From positions 1,080,001-1,112,000 of the forward strand of contig NC_016070.1 in the NCBI RefSeq assembly GCF_000253055.1: a stretch of DNA of 32,000 nucleotides, in the 5' to 3' direction. Of the stretch, positions 1 through 8,582 are shown piece by piece. Made by a program: the position numbers and the translations under genes. Below the pieces are notes generated by a model, which was given only the letters and a program-made list of their open reading frames with translations, did no database searches and was not told where the DNA came from. Origin of the DNA: Thermoproteus tenax Kra 1 (lineage in GTDB: Archaea > Thermoproteota > Thermoprotei > Thermoproteales > Thermoproteaceae). Every line of letters begins with the position of its first letter. The stretch's first letter is position 1.

Positions 1-236
1 GGGCCAAGTCGACGGCGAGGTCGCCCCCCTCACCCCCTCCTCATGCCCGACGGAGAGCTACCGCCCTACCTAGAGCTAATCCCAGAGGGCCAGTGCCCCG
101 CGGAGGGCCTCTGCAAGGCCAGAGCCGTCCAGTGGGGCCTCGGCTTCAGCGAGGTCTGCCGCGAGAGGAGGCCCATGTACCCCGCGCTGCCCCCCGGCAC
201 TGTCCTCAGAGCCAGGGGCTGCCCTCGCAACGTGGG

Positions 237-1523
237 CTATCTGGCGGAGCTCGGCTTCGGCTCCCTTGCGGAGCTCAGACATTTGAACGTCTCCTTGTCC
301 ACCTCGACTACTGCCTCGCCGCCGGACTCCCGGCAGACCGTCGTGTAGTGCGCCAGAAGGCCTGCGTGGGCTATGAAGTGTCTGGAGGCATCGCCGCAGA
401 CGTCCCCCCGCTCAGGGAGGTCAAAGGGGAGAAGCTCGGCGTACCTCCTACACTCCCCAGCGCTGAGTTTCTGCGCCGCCGTGTAGAGCCGGTTCAGCTC
501 CGCCTTGGCCACCGCCCGCGCCGTCGGGCCCAACCTGTCCACCAGCCCCCACTGCATGAGCCCCTTCAGCCACACGCGGGAGCCCCCCGCGAGGAGTCCC
601 CTAGCTCCCTCGCTTGCCGCCACCGCCAACAGCAGCTCGTAGAGCCTCTCGGGGGCCGCGGATTGGGCTCCCCCGCGCTGAGCCGGGCCTCTGTCGTCGG
701 ATGACCTCGCCTTTCTGTCGACAATCTGGTACGCCACCGCCCTCCCCTCGCACCTCAGCTCTACCTCGAGCTCAGGCTCCTCAGCCCCGGCCGAGAGGAG
801 GGCGAAGTGGAGCGGGGCCCCGTAGTAGAGGGCGCGCCCGAGGTCGGTCTCCGGAGGCTGCGGGAACAAGATCGAGTCGAAGGTCTCGGAGTAGACCTTG
901 GCCAACTGCCACGTGCCGGGGAGCGCGTTGTAGGCCTTCAACACAGCTCTCTCGAAGCCCCGGGCAAGCGCGAGAGACGCGAGGAGCCGGGCCGCGTGGA
1001 GGGCTACGGCGGGCATGAAGTTGATCCCGTGGGTAATGTCGAGGTAGATATCCAGCTGGCCCTTCGGCTCCAACCCCTTGAGGACCCTCCAGAGGCCCAT
1101 CAGGAGCTCCCACAACACTAGGTCGGGCCACCCCCGGAACTCCCAGCCCCCCAGCCTCCCCAGCGCCGCCACGACCACCGGCTCGGCCTCTACGCCGGCC
1201 TTCCCAGCCAGCCTCCTCACATACTCGCGCGCCCTCAGCCGCCACTCGCCGCAGTCCGGAGGCCCGACGATGTACTTGGCTCTGCCCGTGCCCCCCTCTG
1301 CAACCTCCTCCACAGGCAGGCCGGCCTCCCGCGCCGCCTCAGCGGCCGCTCTGTTGTTCCCCTCCGCTGCAACCACGCTGTCTAGGGCCACTACTACGCG
1401 GGCGTCGGCCTCGGCGCAGACAGACGATGTGAAGCTCCTCGCCCTCCGCCCGTCTCCACAGTCATACTCTACCTCAGACCAAGCCAGCGGGTTGCCCCAC
1501 GTCGCAATGTAGAGCCTAGCCAT
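237..1523 (-). CDS. csx1: Csx1-like CRISPR-associated CARF/HEPN protein (DxTHG-motif, MJ1666/TM1812-like)
   Basis: 428-aa ORF. The N-terminus MARLYIATWGNPLAWSEVEY is typical of Csx1/MJ1666-type proteins. YLDITHGINF is a DxTHG motif. The C-terminal RHFIAHAG fits the HEPN R-x4-H motif. The start codon lies 42 nt from the conserved CRISPR-1 leader block and is divergent from it. The family call comes from motif recall only. Confidence 0.7.
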   Translation of the reverse strand: MARLYIATWGNPLAWSEVEYDCGDGRRARSFTSSVCAEADARVVVALDSVVAAEGNNRAAAEAAREAGLPVEEVAEGGTGRAKYIVGPPDCGEWRLRAREYVRRLAGKAGVEAEPVVVAALGRLGGWEFRGWPDLVLWELLMGLWRVLKGLEPKGQLDIYLDITHGINFMPAVALHAARLLASLALARGFERAVLKAYNALPGTWQLAKVYSETFDSILFPQPPETDLGRALYYGAPLHFALLSAGAEEPELEVELRCEGRAVAYQIVDRKARSSDDRGPAQRGGAQSAAPERLYELLLAVAASEGARGLLAGGSRVWLKGLMQWGLVDRLGPTARAVAKAELNRLYTAAQKLSAGECRRYAELLPFDLPERGDVCGDASRHFIAHAGLLAHYTTVCRESGGEAVVEVDKETFKCLSSAREPKPSSAR

Positions 1524-1564
1524 GCTACCACCAACGGACTGTATTAAAGATATACTTCACCGAC

Positions 1565-1876
1565 CTATATATCCTAAATAATTCTCGGCGTTTAAAAATC
1601 GTCGTGCAACTTGCCCTTTCCTTCTGTAAAATAGTTCTACTCCTCCGCCGTTGTATCTCTGTAAAGCGGGGATCCCGCATATAAATCGCCGTGCGGAAGC
1701 ACGGCGCTCGGCGATGCCGAGGGTCGGACGCACGCTTTCAACTGCCGGACGCAGGACCCAACCGTGTAGAACAGGCAAAGCCCTCCCCGGGGCAACACAA
1801 GGTCGCGCCGGGACCAAGACAAAGACCCGCAGAGGAAAACTTAAAAATCGGCAGAAACTAAAGACCAGGAGGCCCG
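1565..1876 (+). promoter_or_regulatory. CRISPR-1 leader
   Basis: About 310 nt directly upstream of repeat 1, homologous to the leaders of arrays 2 and 3. Its first 73 nt differ at only 3 positions from the other two. A BRE/TATA-like GAAAACTTAAAAAT lies at 1835-1848, about 30 nt before the first repeat. A near-palindrome GCGGGGATCCCGC lies at 1666-1678. A hairpin CGCCGTGC-GGAA-GCACGGCG lies at 1687-1706. Confidence 0.75.
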
Positions 1877-4117
1877 GAATCTCAAAGAGAGGATTGAAAG
1901 TCTGGACTGTGTGTTGCAACAGCGAAGTCGCGAACACCTCGACGAATCTCAAAGAGAGGATTGAAAGCGTTGATGTGGCCGGGACTGGCTGACTCAGCTA
2001 TTACGTTGAATCTCAAAGAGAGGATTGAAAGACTTCAAGGCGTGCTTGCTGGCGTTTTAGGCGACGATGAGCTGAATCTCAAAGAGAGGATTGAAAGCTC
2101 TTTTTCCTGCCCCGTTCTTCCAACTCTTCGCCGGTCGTGAATCTCAAAGAGAGGATTGAAAGCCGAGTAGCCGACGGCGCGTCCGCTCACTTAAGATCTC
2201 AGAATCTCAAAGAGAGGATTGAAAGTGTGATAGATGAGATAGACAAAATCAAGTTCAGCACCACGTGAATCTCAAAGAGAGGATTGAAAGGCGCACTAAT
2301 TACCGCCCCGGCGCAGGATTACCAATCTTGCCGGGCCGGTTGAATCTCAAAGAGAGGATTGAAAGTTGGTCTCAGGCGCGCGGTAGCCTTCCAGCTGTAC
2401 GACCAACTCGATGAATCTCAAAGAGAGGATTGAAAGTCCGGAGGAGGCGGCGAAGAGGATGATAGAGTTGGCCAGGCTGGGAATCTCAAAGAGAGGATTG
2501 AAAGGGCATGATTGGTTGCGCCGGGAGCTCTGGGATGTGATCCGCCAGAATCTCAAAGAGAGGATTGAAAGCTACTTGGAGTATGCCGGTCAAATTCGGT
2601 GGGGCGGACGTCGTACCGAATCTCAAAGAGAGGATTGAAAGTTTGTTGAAATAATCACCGTAACCCAGGCTTTCCAACCATCTTGAATCTCAAAGAGAGG
2701 ATTGAAAGATCGCTTGTCCAACCGGGCTCCTCTATAATTGTCGTCATTAGCTTAGAATCTCAAAGAGAGGATTGAAAGACTGGATCATCGATGGGCAGAA
2801 TGCGGGCGTGTCGGCTATATGGAATCTCAAAGAGAGGATTGAAAGCAAGTCGTCGAGAAGTATTTTGGTCTGCTGAAGCAGTACGGTTTCGGAATCTCAA
2901 AGAGAGGATTGAAAGGTACCACGACATCAGCCATGTGACTGTTGCGCCTAGCTCAATCTCGAATCTCAAAGAGAGGATTGAAAGACTTGAATTTCAACAA
3001 TGTCACCAGCACATATGTCCAGGCTAGGGAATCTCAAAGAGAGGATTGAAAGATTTTTATTCCTCATAAACATGGTCTCAAGGTCAGAACTAAGCCGAAT
3101 CTCAAAGAGAGGATTGAAAGAATGGCTCCAAGGGATCGTTCTCTAGACTCCAATTTTTCTAATGAATCTCAAAGAGAGGATTGAAAGTTTGTCGACGGGA
3201 TCTTGCGACATGCGGTACGCTGCAGTGTCGGAATCTCAAAGAGAGGATTGAAAGGCTCCACCGACCAGTACCCATATAGCGTGAACTCTTTCGCCGGAGA
3301 ATCTCAAAGAGAGGATTGAAAGAGTGCGCAGACCCCTGCACAGGCCGGCGTCCTTCACAAAAGAATCTCAAAGAGAGGATTGAAAGATGTAGAGCTTGAC
3401 CGGCGCCCCAGGATAGGGCACCGGGCCGGAATCTCAAAGAGAGGATTGAAAGTCTGTATCCCGCCGGCGCGTGGAGAAGGCGTTTCTCCACAACGTCGTC
3501 CTCGAATCTCAAAGAGAGGATTGAAAGTCGAGGACGATGTAGTCGGGATTGCTCGCGTTTATCAGCTTGAGAATCTCAAAGAGAGGATTGAAAGCTCGTG
3601 GATACTCCAAGCGAAAGAGTTCACGTTATACGGCTACGAATCTCAAAGAGAGGATTGAAAGTCCACAAGCCTCACGGCCGTCTTCACGGCGCGGCCCGGT
3701 CTGACGGGAATCTCAAAGAGAGGATTGAAAGGGGATATACTACACGGCCCTGCGCGTCATCGGGAACAAGCGCATGGGAATCTCAAAGAGAGGATTGAAA
3801 GTATTCCGTAGATTCCGGCGTAAAAGGTCTGGGCGGCGATGAATCTCAAAGAGAGGATTGAAAGCCGTGCACCTATGACTTTCAAGTACTCAAGGACGTT
3901 AGGAATCTCAAAGAGAGGATTGAAAGAACGCTTGGACAAATACCGTACCGCTACCCTCATATTGATAGAATCTCAAAGAGAGGATTGAAAGGGGATATAC
4001 GTCTCGGATTAAGCATAGCAGCTTCACCTCTGCGGAATCTATATGGTTTGAAAGGTCTCGAGTATAGACTACACGCCGAACTTTACATACTGAGCCTCAA
4101 AGCGAGCTCGTTGAAAG
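1877..4117 (+). CRISPR. CRISPR array 1 (32 intact repeats plus 2-3 decayed trailer repeats)
   Basis: 32 copies, identical by eye, of GAATCTCAAAGAGAGGATTGAAAG (first 1877-1900, last 3968-3991). Spacers are 38-51 nt. Decayed repeats follow at 4035-4054 and 4092-4117, with a possible third at 4153-4177. The upstream leader, the ATTGAAAG 3' end (8-nt crRNA 5' tag) and the downstream repeat decay all set + strand transcription. Confidence 0.98.
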
Positions 4118-4202
4118 CCGGCGTGCGGCGCTTGTTCCAACGTGAGTTGGTCTAATGGAGGTCGGGGGCGTTGAAGGGAGTTTAGGCCGGCGCCGTGAGG
4201 GG

Positions 4203-4775
4203 CTAGATTTTTTCCACTGTTGTTGGCAGGTGGCTGCACCATTTTCTGTACCAACAGTTTTGGCATTTCGCCGGATTTGGGTTTAGGACCGGCGGCTTCC
4301 CCTGGAGTATCTGTTGTAGCCTCGAGACTGCGTAGTTGAGGAGCTCCTGTAGGTCTTTGGCCATGCGTATCTGGGCTATCTGGCCGCTCTCAGCGTAGTA
4401 TATATAGGCTGTGGCGACAGCCCTTCCGTACGCCCTCTGCACCATGGCGATGTAGGCGGCGGCTTGCGCCTTGTGGTGTATGGGGATGCGGCGGGGCCTC
4501 GCCGCGGCCTTCACCTCGAGGGGGCTCGGCCTTCCGTTGATCCAGAGTACGGCGTCCACTGTGCCGCATAAGGGCGGGGCGGTTATGTGGACGGAGTATT
4601 CGGCCCTCTCGGCGCCCAGGGCTTTGGCGGCGGCTTGTGCGGCCTCCTGCTGGATCTCTCTGCCCCTCTGCATCCGGAGGGTGGGGGGCTCTGGGGCGCC
4701 CGCGGCGATGTAGTAGGCGGCCATGGGGCAGTAGAGGTACTGACGTATTAGGCTCGGGTTAATGCAGAGCGACAT
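4203..4775 (-). CDS. cas4: Cas4 RecB-like nuclease with Fe-S cysteine cluster
   Basis: 190 aa. It has an N-terminal Cys (YLYCPM), a RecB-type D..EVK motif (GTVDAVLWINGRPSPLEVK) and a C-terminal CQNCWYRKWC. Its start overlaps the cas2 stop by 17 nt. Confidence 0.9.
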   Translation of the reverse strand: MSLCINPSLIRQYLYCPMAAYYIAAGAPEPPTLRMQRGREIQQEAAQAAAKALGAERAEYSVHITAPPLCGTVDAVLWINGRPSPLEVKAAARPRRIPIHHKAQAAAYIAMVQRAYGRAVATAYIYYAESGQIAQIRMAKDLQELLNYAVSRLQQILQGKPPVLNPNPAKCQNCWYRKWCSHLPTTVEKI

Positions 4776-5031
4776 GTCCCGCGGGAGGTCTGGGGGGTAT
4801 CCTCAGGGAGGTGTCTATCGTCCTCTTGTCTACCTTGAATATGGCTATGTCGGCGTTCGCGCCTCTTACGGCCCTCGCGAGCCTTTCGGCGAGCTCCTTG
4901 ACGAGGGCCGGCGGGAGCCTGCCGACGTAGGCGGAGCGCTGGATGCGTGCTAGGCCGTAGGCCCTGAGGATGTCGGCCACCTTGGCTCTGACGTCGTTCT
5001 CCGTTATGTCGTATACCACTATTACGTACAT
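4759..5031 (-). CDS. cas2: Cas2
   Basis: 90 aa from ATG 5031-5029. MYVIVVYDITENDVRAKVADILRAYGLARIQRSAYVG is a Cas2-type N-terminus with the conserved Asp. This is the only convincing part of the 264-aa ORF 4759..5553 apart from its Cas1-like N-terminus. Confidence 0.85.
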   Translation of the reverse strand: MYVIVVYDITENDVRAKVADILRAYGLARIQRSAYVGRLPPALVKELAERLARAVRGANADIAIFKVDKRTIDTSLRIPPRPPAGHVALH

Positions 5032-5655
5032 ATGGAGCGCGCCAGAGCTCTGACCTCTCTGTGGATCTCGGCGGAGAGAGGCCTCTTGGCCGCGTGGAGC
5101 TCCTCCAGGACTGCGGCGGCCAGCTCCAGGCGGGACCGGCGGGTGAGTAGGCCGCCCTCGGACTCCAGCCTGTCCGCCATCTTGGCCACGACGGCGTCTA
5201 CGCGGGGTCTCCATTGCTCCATGAAGTCCAGCGCCAGGGAGGGCCTTGGCCAGAGACTCGGCGTATTGGCTGTAGCCTCTGAGGCGGCGGCGCCAGGCCT
5301 TGATGTTGTCCCTCTGGCCCAATATCTTCTTGAAGACCCAACTTTTGGCGTACTGTAGCCCTCTGCCGTCCTCCGCCGCCTTGTACTGGCACCTCCTCTT
5401 GGCCCCCGTGGCGTCTCCGACCGGCCTCATGAATATGCCCAACGGCTCTCCGCGGGGGCTGAAGACGGCGACTGTGGCCCCGGTGGCGAGGAGGGCCCTG
5501 AGCGCCCTCGTCGTTATGGATATGCCGCCGGTGAGTAGGAGGACTTCGTCCACCTCGTGCAGAGGGTACTACCTGGCGCCCTCCTTTGTCTCCACGAGGA
5601 GGAGGCCCTTCCTAGCCCTTATCTTGACGCCGTATGAGGCCACTACGACCTGCAT
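5022..5655 (-). pseudogene. cas1: cas1 remnant (in-frame TAG, internal deletion with frame change)
   Basis: Read from ATG 5655-5653: MQVVVASYGVKIRARKGLLLVETKEGAR, then TAG (5571-5569), then YPLHEVDEVLLLTGGISITTRALRALLATGATVAVFSPRGEPLG...QRDNIKAWRRRLRGYSQYAESLAKA. The Cas1-like reading then continues only in another frame (PSLALDFMEQWRPRVDAVVAKMADRLESEGGLLTRRSRLELAAAVLEEL, stop at 5022). The span is 634 nt, which is not a multiple of 3, or about 211 codons against about 300 for typical Cas1. The segment expected to carry the catalytic Glu/His is missing. Confidence 0.7.
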
Positions 5656-6479
5656 ACGCTGTAGTAGGGGCACGTCTTGGGGCACTGGGGGGCGGGGCCT
5701 GGGTCTCTGGCGGAGGCGACGACGTCAATGGCCTCGTCTCTGGCCTCGAGGAACTTGGCGCGGGGCGCGTCGCCTAAGACGTAGGCAGACGCTCTGTACT
5801 CCACCTGCCCGTCCACGGCTATCTGGACGTGTATGCCGTAGTCTATGGGGACGCCGTACTCCGCCTCTATGGCCATGGCGTACCCAGCCAGCGCTACGTC
5901 CACGTTCTGGCTGGGGCCGAACTTGAACTCCACCACGGCCCCCAGCGCCACTCCGTCCGCCACGACGTAGCTGAGGCCGAGGGGGGCGCCGTCCACAGCT
6001 ATCTGGGCGGCTATGGGGGCGGCGTAGAAGGCGGCGGCGTCGCGGCTTCTGGCCAGGCGGGAGGCCAGCACGTATTGGTACTCGCCGGTGAGCCTTACGG
6101 CGATGTACCTATACAGCGCCTCGGCCTTAGCTCTGAGGTCCTCCGGCATGCCCTCGCCGGGAGGAGACATGGGAGCGCCCGAGTATACGTACCTCCTGAA
6201 GTCCTCCAGCGCCTTGAAGAGGACCGCGTGTAGGGCCTGCCCCTCGGCGAGCGGCTTGGTGGGCTGGGGCCTCTCCCCCAACACGTACTTGAGGTAGAGG
6301 CTCCTCCCCGTGGGGCAGTAGCCGTAGGCGAAGTCGGAGAGGGCGAGGCCTAGGTAGGCGGGGGGTTTGACCGGCTGTCTGTCGTAGGCCCAGCCCCTCA
6401 GCTCCGGCGAAACCTCGGCGGGGCCCTGGGTGACCTTGGCCCTCCTCAGAAGGCGGGCGATCTCCAGGAGTGTCAACAC
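5643..6479 (-). CDS. csa1: Csa1 / Cas4' (type I-A RecB-like nuclease)
   Basis: 278 aa with a GTG start. It has an N-terminal YGYCPTGR, a D..EFK nuclease motif (VADGVALGAVVEFKFG) and a C-terminal CPKTCPYYSVC. It sits at the first position of the csa1-cas1-cas2-cas4 string, as in type I-A loci, and overlaps the cas1 start by 13 nt. Confidence 0.75.
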   Translation of the reverse strand: MLTLLEIARLLRRAKVTQGPAEVSPELRGWAYDRQPVKPPAYLGLALSDFAYGYCPTGRSLYLKYVLGERPQPTKPLAEGQALHAVLFKALEDFRRYVYSGAPMSPPGEGMPEDLRAKAEALYRYIAVRLTGEYQYVLASRLARSRDAAAFYAAPIAAQIAVDGAPLGLSYVVADGVALGAVVEFKFGPSQNVDVALAGYAMAIEAEYGVPIDYGIHVQIAVDGQVEYRASAYVLGDAPRAKFLEARDEAIDVVASARDPGPAPQCPKTCPYYSVCRS

Positions 6480-6552
6480 GAAGTTTTGATGAGGTGTAGT
6501 GAAATCCTTTTTCGTCTACAAGGTTTATATCTCGGGTTGCAGGTGGCTTGCA
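6480..6552. promoter_or_regulatory. Divergent promoter region csa1 <-> csa3
   Basis: 73-nt gap between divergent start codons. TTTATAT at 6524-6530 is centred about 26 nt upstream of the csa3 ATG (6553), which suggests a leaderless mRNA. An A/T-rich stretch at 6503-6513 lies about 29 nt upstream of the csa1 GTG (6479). Confidence 0.45.
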
Positions 6553-7167
6553 ATGAGGATGGGCATCACGGTGGGGTTTGAGCACAGGTTCGCGGTGCGG
6601 GCTCTCGCCAAGCTGGGGCCGGCCGATGAGTACATCTTTCTCTACGCCTACACCGGCAGAGATGAGGACTCGAGGTCGGAGAGCACCGTGAGGGAGCTGA
6701 TAGCCGCGTTCGGGAGGGGGGCGGGATTCAGGGTGGATCTGACCAAGCCCAGCGAGGCGTTGGAGCAGATCTACGGCCTGGGGCTGGAGAGGGTCGTGTT
6801 GGCGGGCGGTCCTAGGTTGCTGGTGCTCCTCGCTCTATTGGCCTCCCTCCTCCGGAGATCCGAGGTATATGTCCTCCCGGAGTACTCCGCGGAGCCCCTG
6901 GATTTGACCCCCCTCACCGCGTTATGCGACCTCTGCAGGCTCAGCCCGGCGAAGCTGGGCATAGTGGCCTCAGTCAGCGGGAGGGTGGGGATAGACGACG
7001 TGGCGCAGTTGGTGGGCCGGGACTCGACGACTGTGGCGAGGTACCTCAAGGACCTAAGCGAGGCGGGGATTGTGAAGTCCCTCGGCGGCAGGAGGAGGGA
7101 GTACTTCGTCGACCCGCTCCTCACCACAGTTGCTCGTCTTATGCAAAACAGAGCTGGATCTTTGTAG
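6553..7167 (+). CDS. csa3: Csa3 CARF + winged-HTH transcriptional regulator
   Basis: The ORF opens at 6499, but MRMGITVGFEH (ATG 6553) is the typical Csa3 start. The CARF core is RVVLAGGPRLLVLLALLASLLRRSEVYVLPE. The C-terminal wHTH is IDDVAQLVGRDSTTVARYLKDLSEAGIV. Confidence 0.8.
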   Translation: MRMGITVGFEHRFAVRALAKLGPADEYIFLYAYTGRDEDSRSESTVRELIAAFGRGAGFRVDLTKPSEALEQIYGLGLERVVLAGGPRLLVLLALLASLLRRSEVYVLPEYSAEPLDLTPLTALCDLCRLSPAKLGIVASVSGRVGIDDVAQLVGRDSTTVARYLKDLSEAGIVKSLGGRRREYFVDPLLTTVARLMQNRAGSL

Positions 7168-7203
7168 ACAGTAATTCTTAATAATTATTGTATTCTCTTC
7201 CCC
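7168..7203 (+). promoter_or_regulatory. Putative promoter of the type I-A interference operon
   Basis: A/T-rich TTAATAATTAT at 7178-7188 lies about 20-25 nt upstream of the csa5 ATG (7204). No long 5' UTR is possible. Confidence 0.4.
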
Positions 7204-7596
7204 ATGGAGTCTGTACAACTCAAGAAGGAAGAGCTAGTGGAGCGGGCCGCCCGCTCCGTAAGGCCGGCCGTACATCTGGAGATGGCCTACGATGTGTTGG
7301 ACGAGCTCTCCAGATCCCCTGAGAAGTACCCGGAGCAGTTGGCAAAGCTCTCGAGGATCGTTGTGAAGGTGCTGAACGACGTAGAGGATGAGCTCGAACA
7401 CAATCCCCAGAACGAGGAATTACAGAAGGCCAGGAATAGGCTGGCGGCTTGGGGCGGATACGTGGCCGAGCTCGCCAAGCGCCTTGAGGAGGCGGATGAC
7501 AGAGAGAGGATCCGGATGGTGAGGCTCTTCTGCGCCATGGCCCTAGCTCCCGACAAACTGACTGTAGAGCTGAAGAAGCTGCTTAAGGGGCGATGA
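7204..7596 (+). CDS. csa5: Csa5 (type I-A small subunit)
   Basis: 130 aa with charged, helical-looking composition. It is the first gene of the operon, directly before cas7, and its stop overlaps the cas7 start (7593-7596). The call is mainly positional. Confidence 0.6.
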   Translation: MESVQLKKEELVERAARSVRPAVHLEMAYDVLDELSRSPEKYPEQLAKLSRIVVKVLNDVEDELEHNPQNEELQKARNRLAAWGGYVAELAKRLEEADDRERIRMVRLFCAMALAPDKLTVELKKLLKGR

Positions 7597-8582
7597 GGGT
7601 GGCTCCCCCCTACGTTAGGGCCGCGGGCCGCTTCGAGGCGCAGCTGTCGGTCTTGACCGGCGCCGGCAACATGGGCAACTACAACATGCACGCCGTGGCC
7701 AAGGTGATTCACGGCGGGAAAGCCTACGAAGTGCCCGTGTTGACTGGGAACGCTCTGAAGCACTGGCACTCGGTGTATCTGGCCGAGGTGTACCAAGACC
7801 TCGGGGGGACGCAGCTGAACGAATTCTGCAAGAAGGGGGTGGGGCTGAGGGGGAAGAACATGAGCGGCGAGGACGCCTCCAGCGAGGCCGAGGCCATTAA
7901 AGACCTCTGCAACGACCTCCACGGCTTCCTCCTCCCTGACAAGCAGATCAAGCGCGACAGCCTCGTGAGGGTGTCCTTCGCGGTGCCGGTGCTGGAGGAG
8001 AAGAACCTCGAGGCGGCGAGCAAATTCGCCGTGGTCCACAACAGGGTGGACCCCTTCAAGAGGACGCAGCAGGTGAAGTCCAAGGAGGAGCAGGAGGGGA
8101 CGGAGATGATGGTCTTCAAACAGGAGTACTCATCGGCGGTCTACGGCTTCGCGGCGGCCATGGACCTCGGGCTCTCCGGAGTGCCGCTCTACCAGGAGGG
8201 AGAAAGTGGTGTAGACGATAGGGAGAGAGCGCTGAGGATAAAGTCGGCGCTTGTGGCTCTGCTACGGCTGTTCAACGGAGTTGGCTCTAAGCAGGCGCGC
8301 GCCCTCCCCATCGCAAGGCTTAGGGAGCTGGTGATCGCAATATCGGACTCGCCCATCCCCAACCTCGTACACGGCGCGTATCCAGACTACGTCGCAAGGT
8401 CGGCGGAGCTCCTGACGGCGTATTTAAAGGCTGTGGGGAAGAAGGGGGTCGTGCTGTGCTACGGCGTCGACTGCCCGCAGAGCAACAACGTCCTCGAGTG
8501 TAAAAAGGCCGACACGTTGGACGACCTATTTCAAGAGGCCCTTAGGAGGGCTCTGCCGGGGGGGCAACCCGCTAGGAGGTGA
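7593..8582 (+). CDS. cas7: Cas7 (Csa2) backbone subunit
   Basis: 329 aa. It contains LTGAGNMGNYNMHAVAKVI...VPVLTGNALKHWHS, the Csa2/Cas7-type glycine-rich loop followed by the ALKH motif. Confidence 0.85.
   Translation: MRVAPPYVRAAGRFEAQLSVLTGAGNMGNYNMHAVAKVIHGGKAYEVPVLTGNALKHWHSVYLAEVYQDLGGTQLNEFCKKGVGLRGKNMSGEDASSEAEAIKDLCNDLHGFLLPDKQIKRDSLVRVSFAVPVLEEKNLEAASKFAVVHNRVDPFKRTQQVKSKEEQEGTEMMVFKQEYSSAVYGFAAAMDLGLSGVPLYQEGESGVDDRERALRIKSALVALLRLFNGVGSKQARALPIARLRELVIAISDSPIPNLVHGAYPDYVARSAELLTAYLKAVGKKGVVLCYGVDCPQSNNVLECKKADTLDDLFQEALRRALPGGQPARR

Noticed and set aside
43-348. 101-aa plus-strand ORF at the window start (Cys-containing, GC3-rich). A possible upstream gene end in another frame has its stop at 71-73.
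   Set aside because: It may be real, but it overlaps the 3' end of the csx1-like gene by about 110 nt, has no recognisable motif, and its context is cut by the window edge. There is not enough support to call it.
2846-2891. A 12-nt identity (TCGTCGAGAAGT) between an array 1 spacer (2846-2891) and an array 3 spacer (23230-23274).
   Set aside because: The identity does not extend beyond 12 nt and the boundaries differ. This is compatible with chance, unlike the 38/43 spacer pair reported in the findings.
1651-3960. Many 60-117-aa ORFs on both strands inside array 1 (peptides such as NLKERIES, ISKRGLK, SILSLRF). The same occurs in arrays 2 (15672-17223) and 3 (22981-24167).
   Set aside because: They are translations of the CRISPR repeats themselves, and their periodic identical peptides follow the repeat spacing. 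The apparently conserved ORFs starting in leaders 1 and 2 (MYLCKAGIPHINRRAE / MCFCQAGIPHINRRAE) run straight into the repeats. The similarity reflects leader nucleotide conservation and is absent from leader 3.
4759-5553. 264-aa ORF that looks like a Cas1-Cas2 fusion protein.
   Set aside because: Only its ends are Cas-like. The central part (GAGLHGAMETPRRRRRGQDGGQAGVRGRPTHPP...) is R/G/P-rich off-frame sequence, while the overlapping frame (5022-5222 and upstream) carries the Cas1-like helices. I interpret it as a cas1 remnant plus a separate cas2 starting at 5031.
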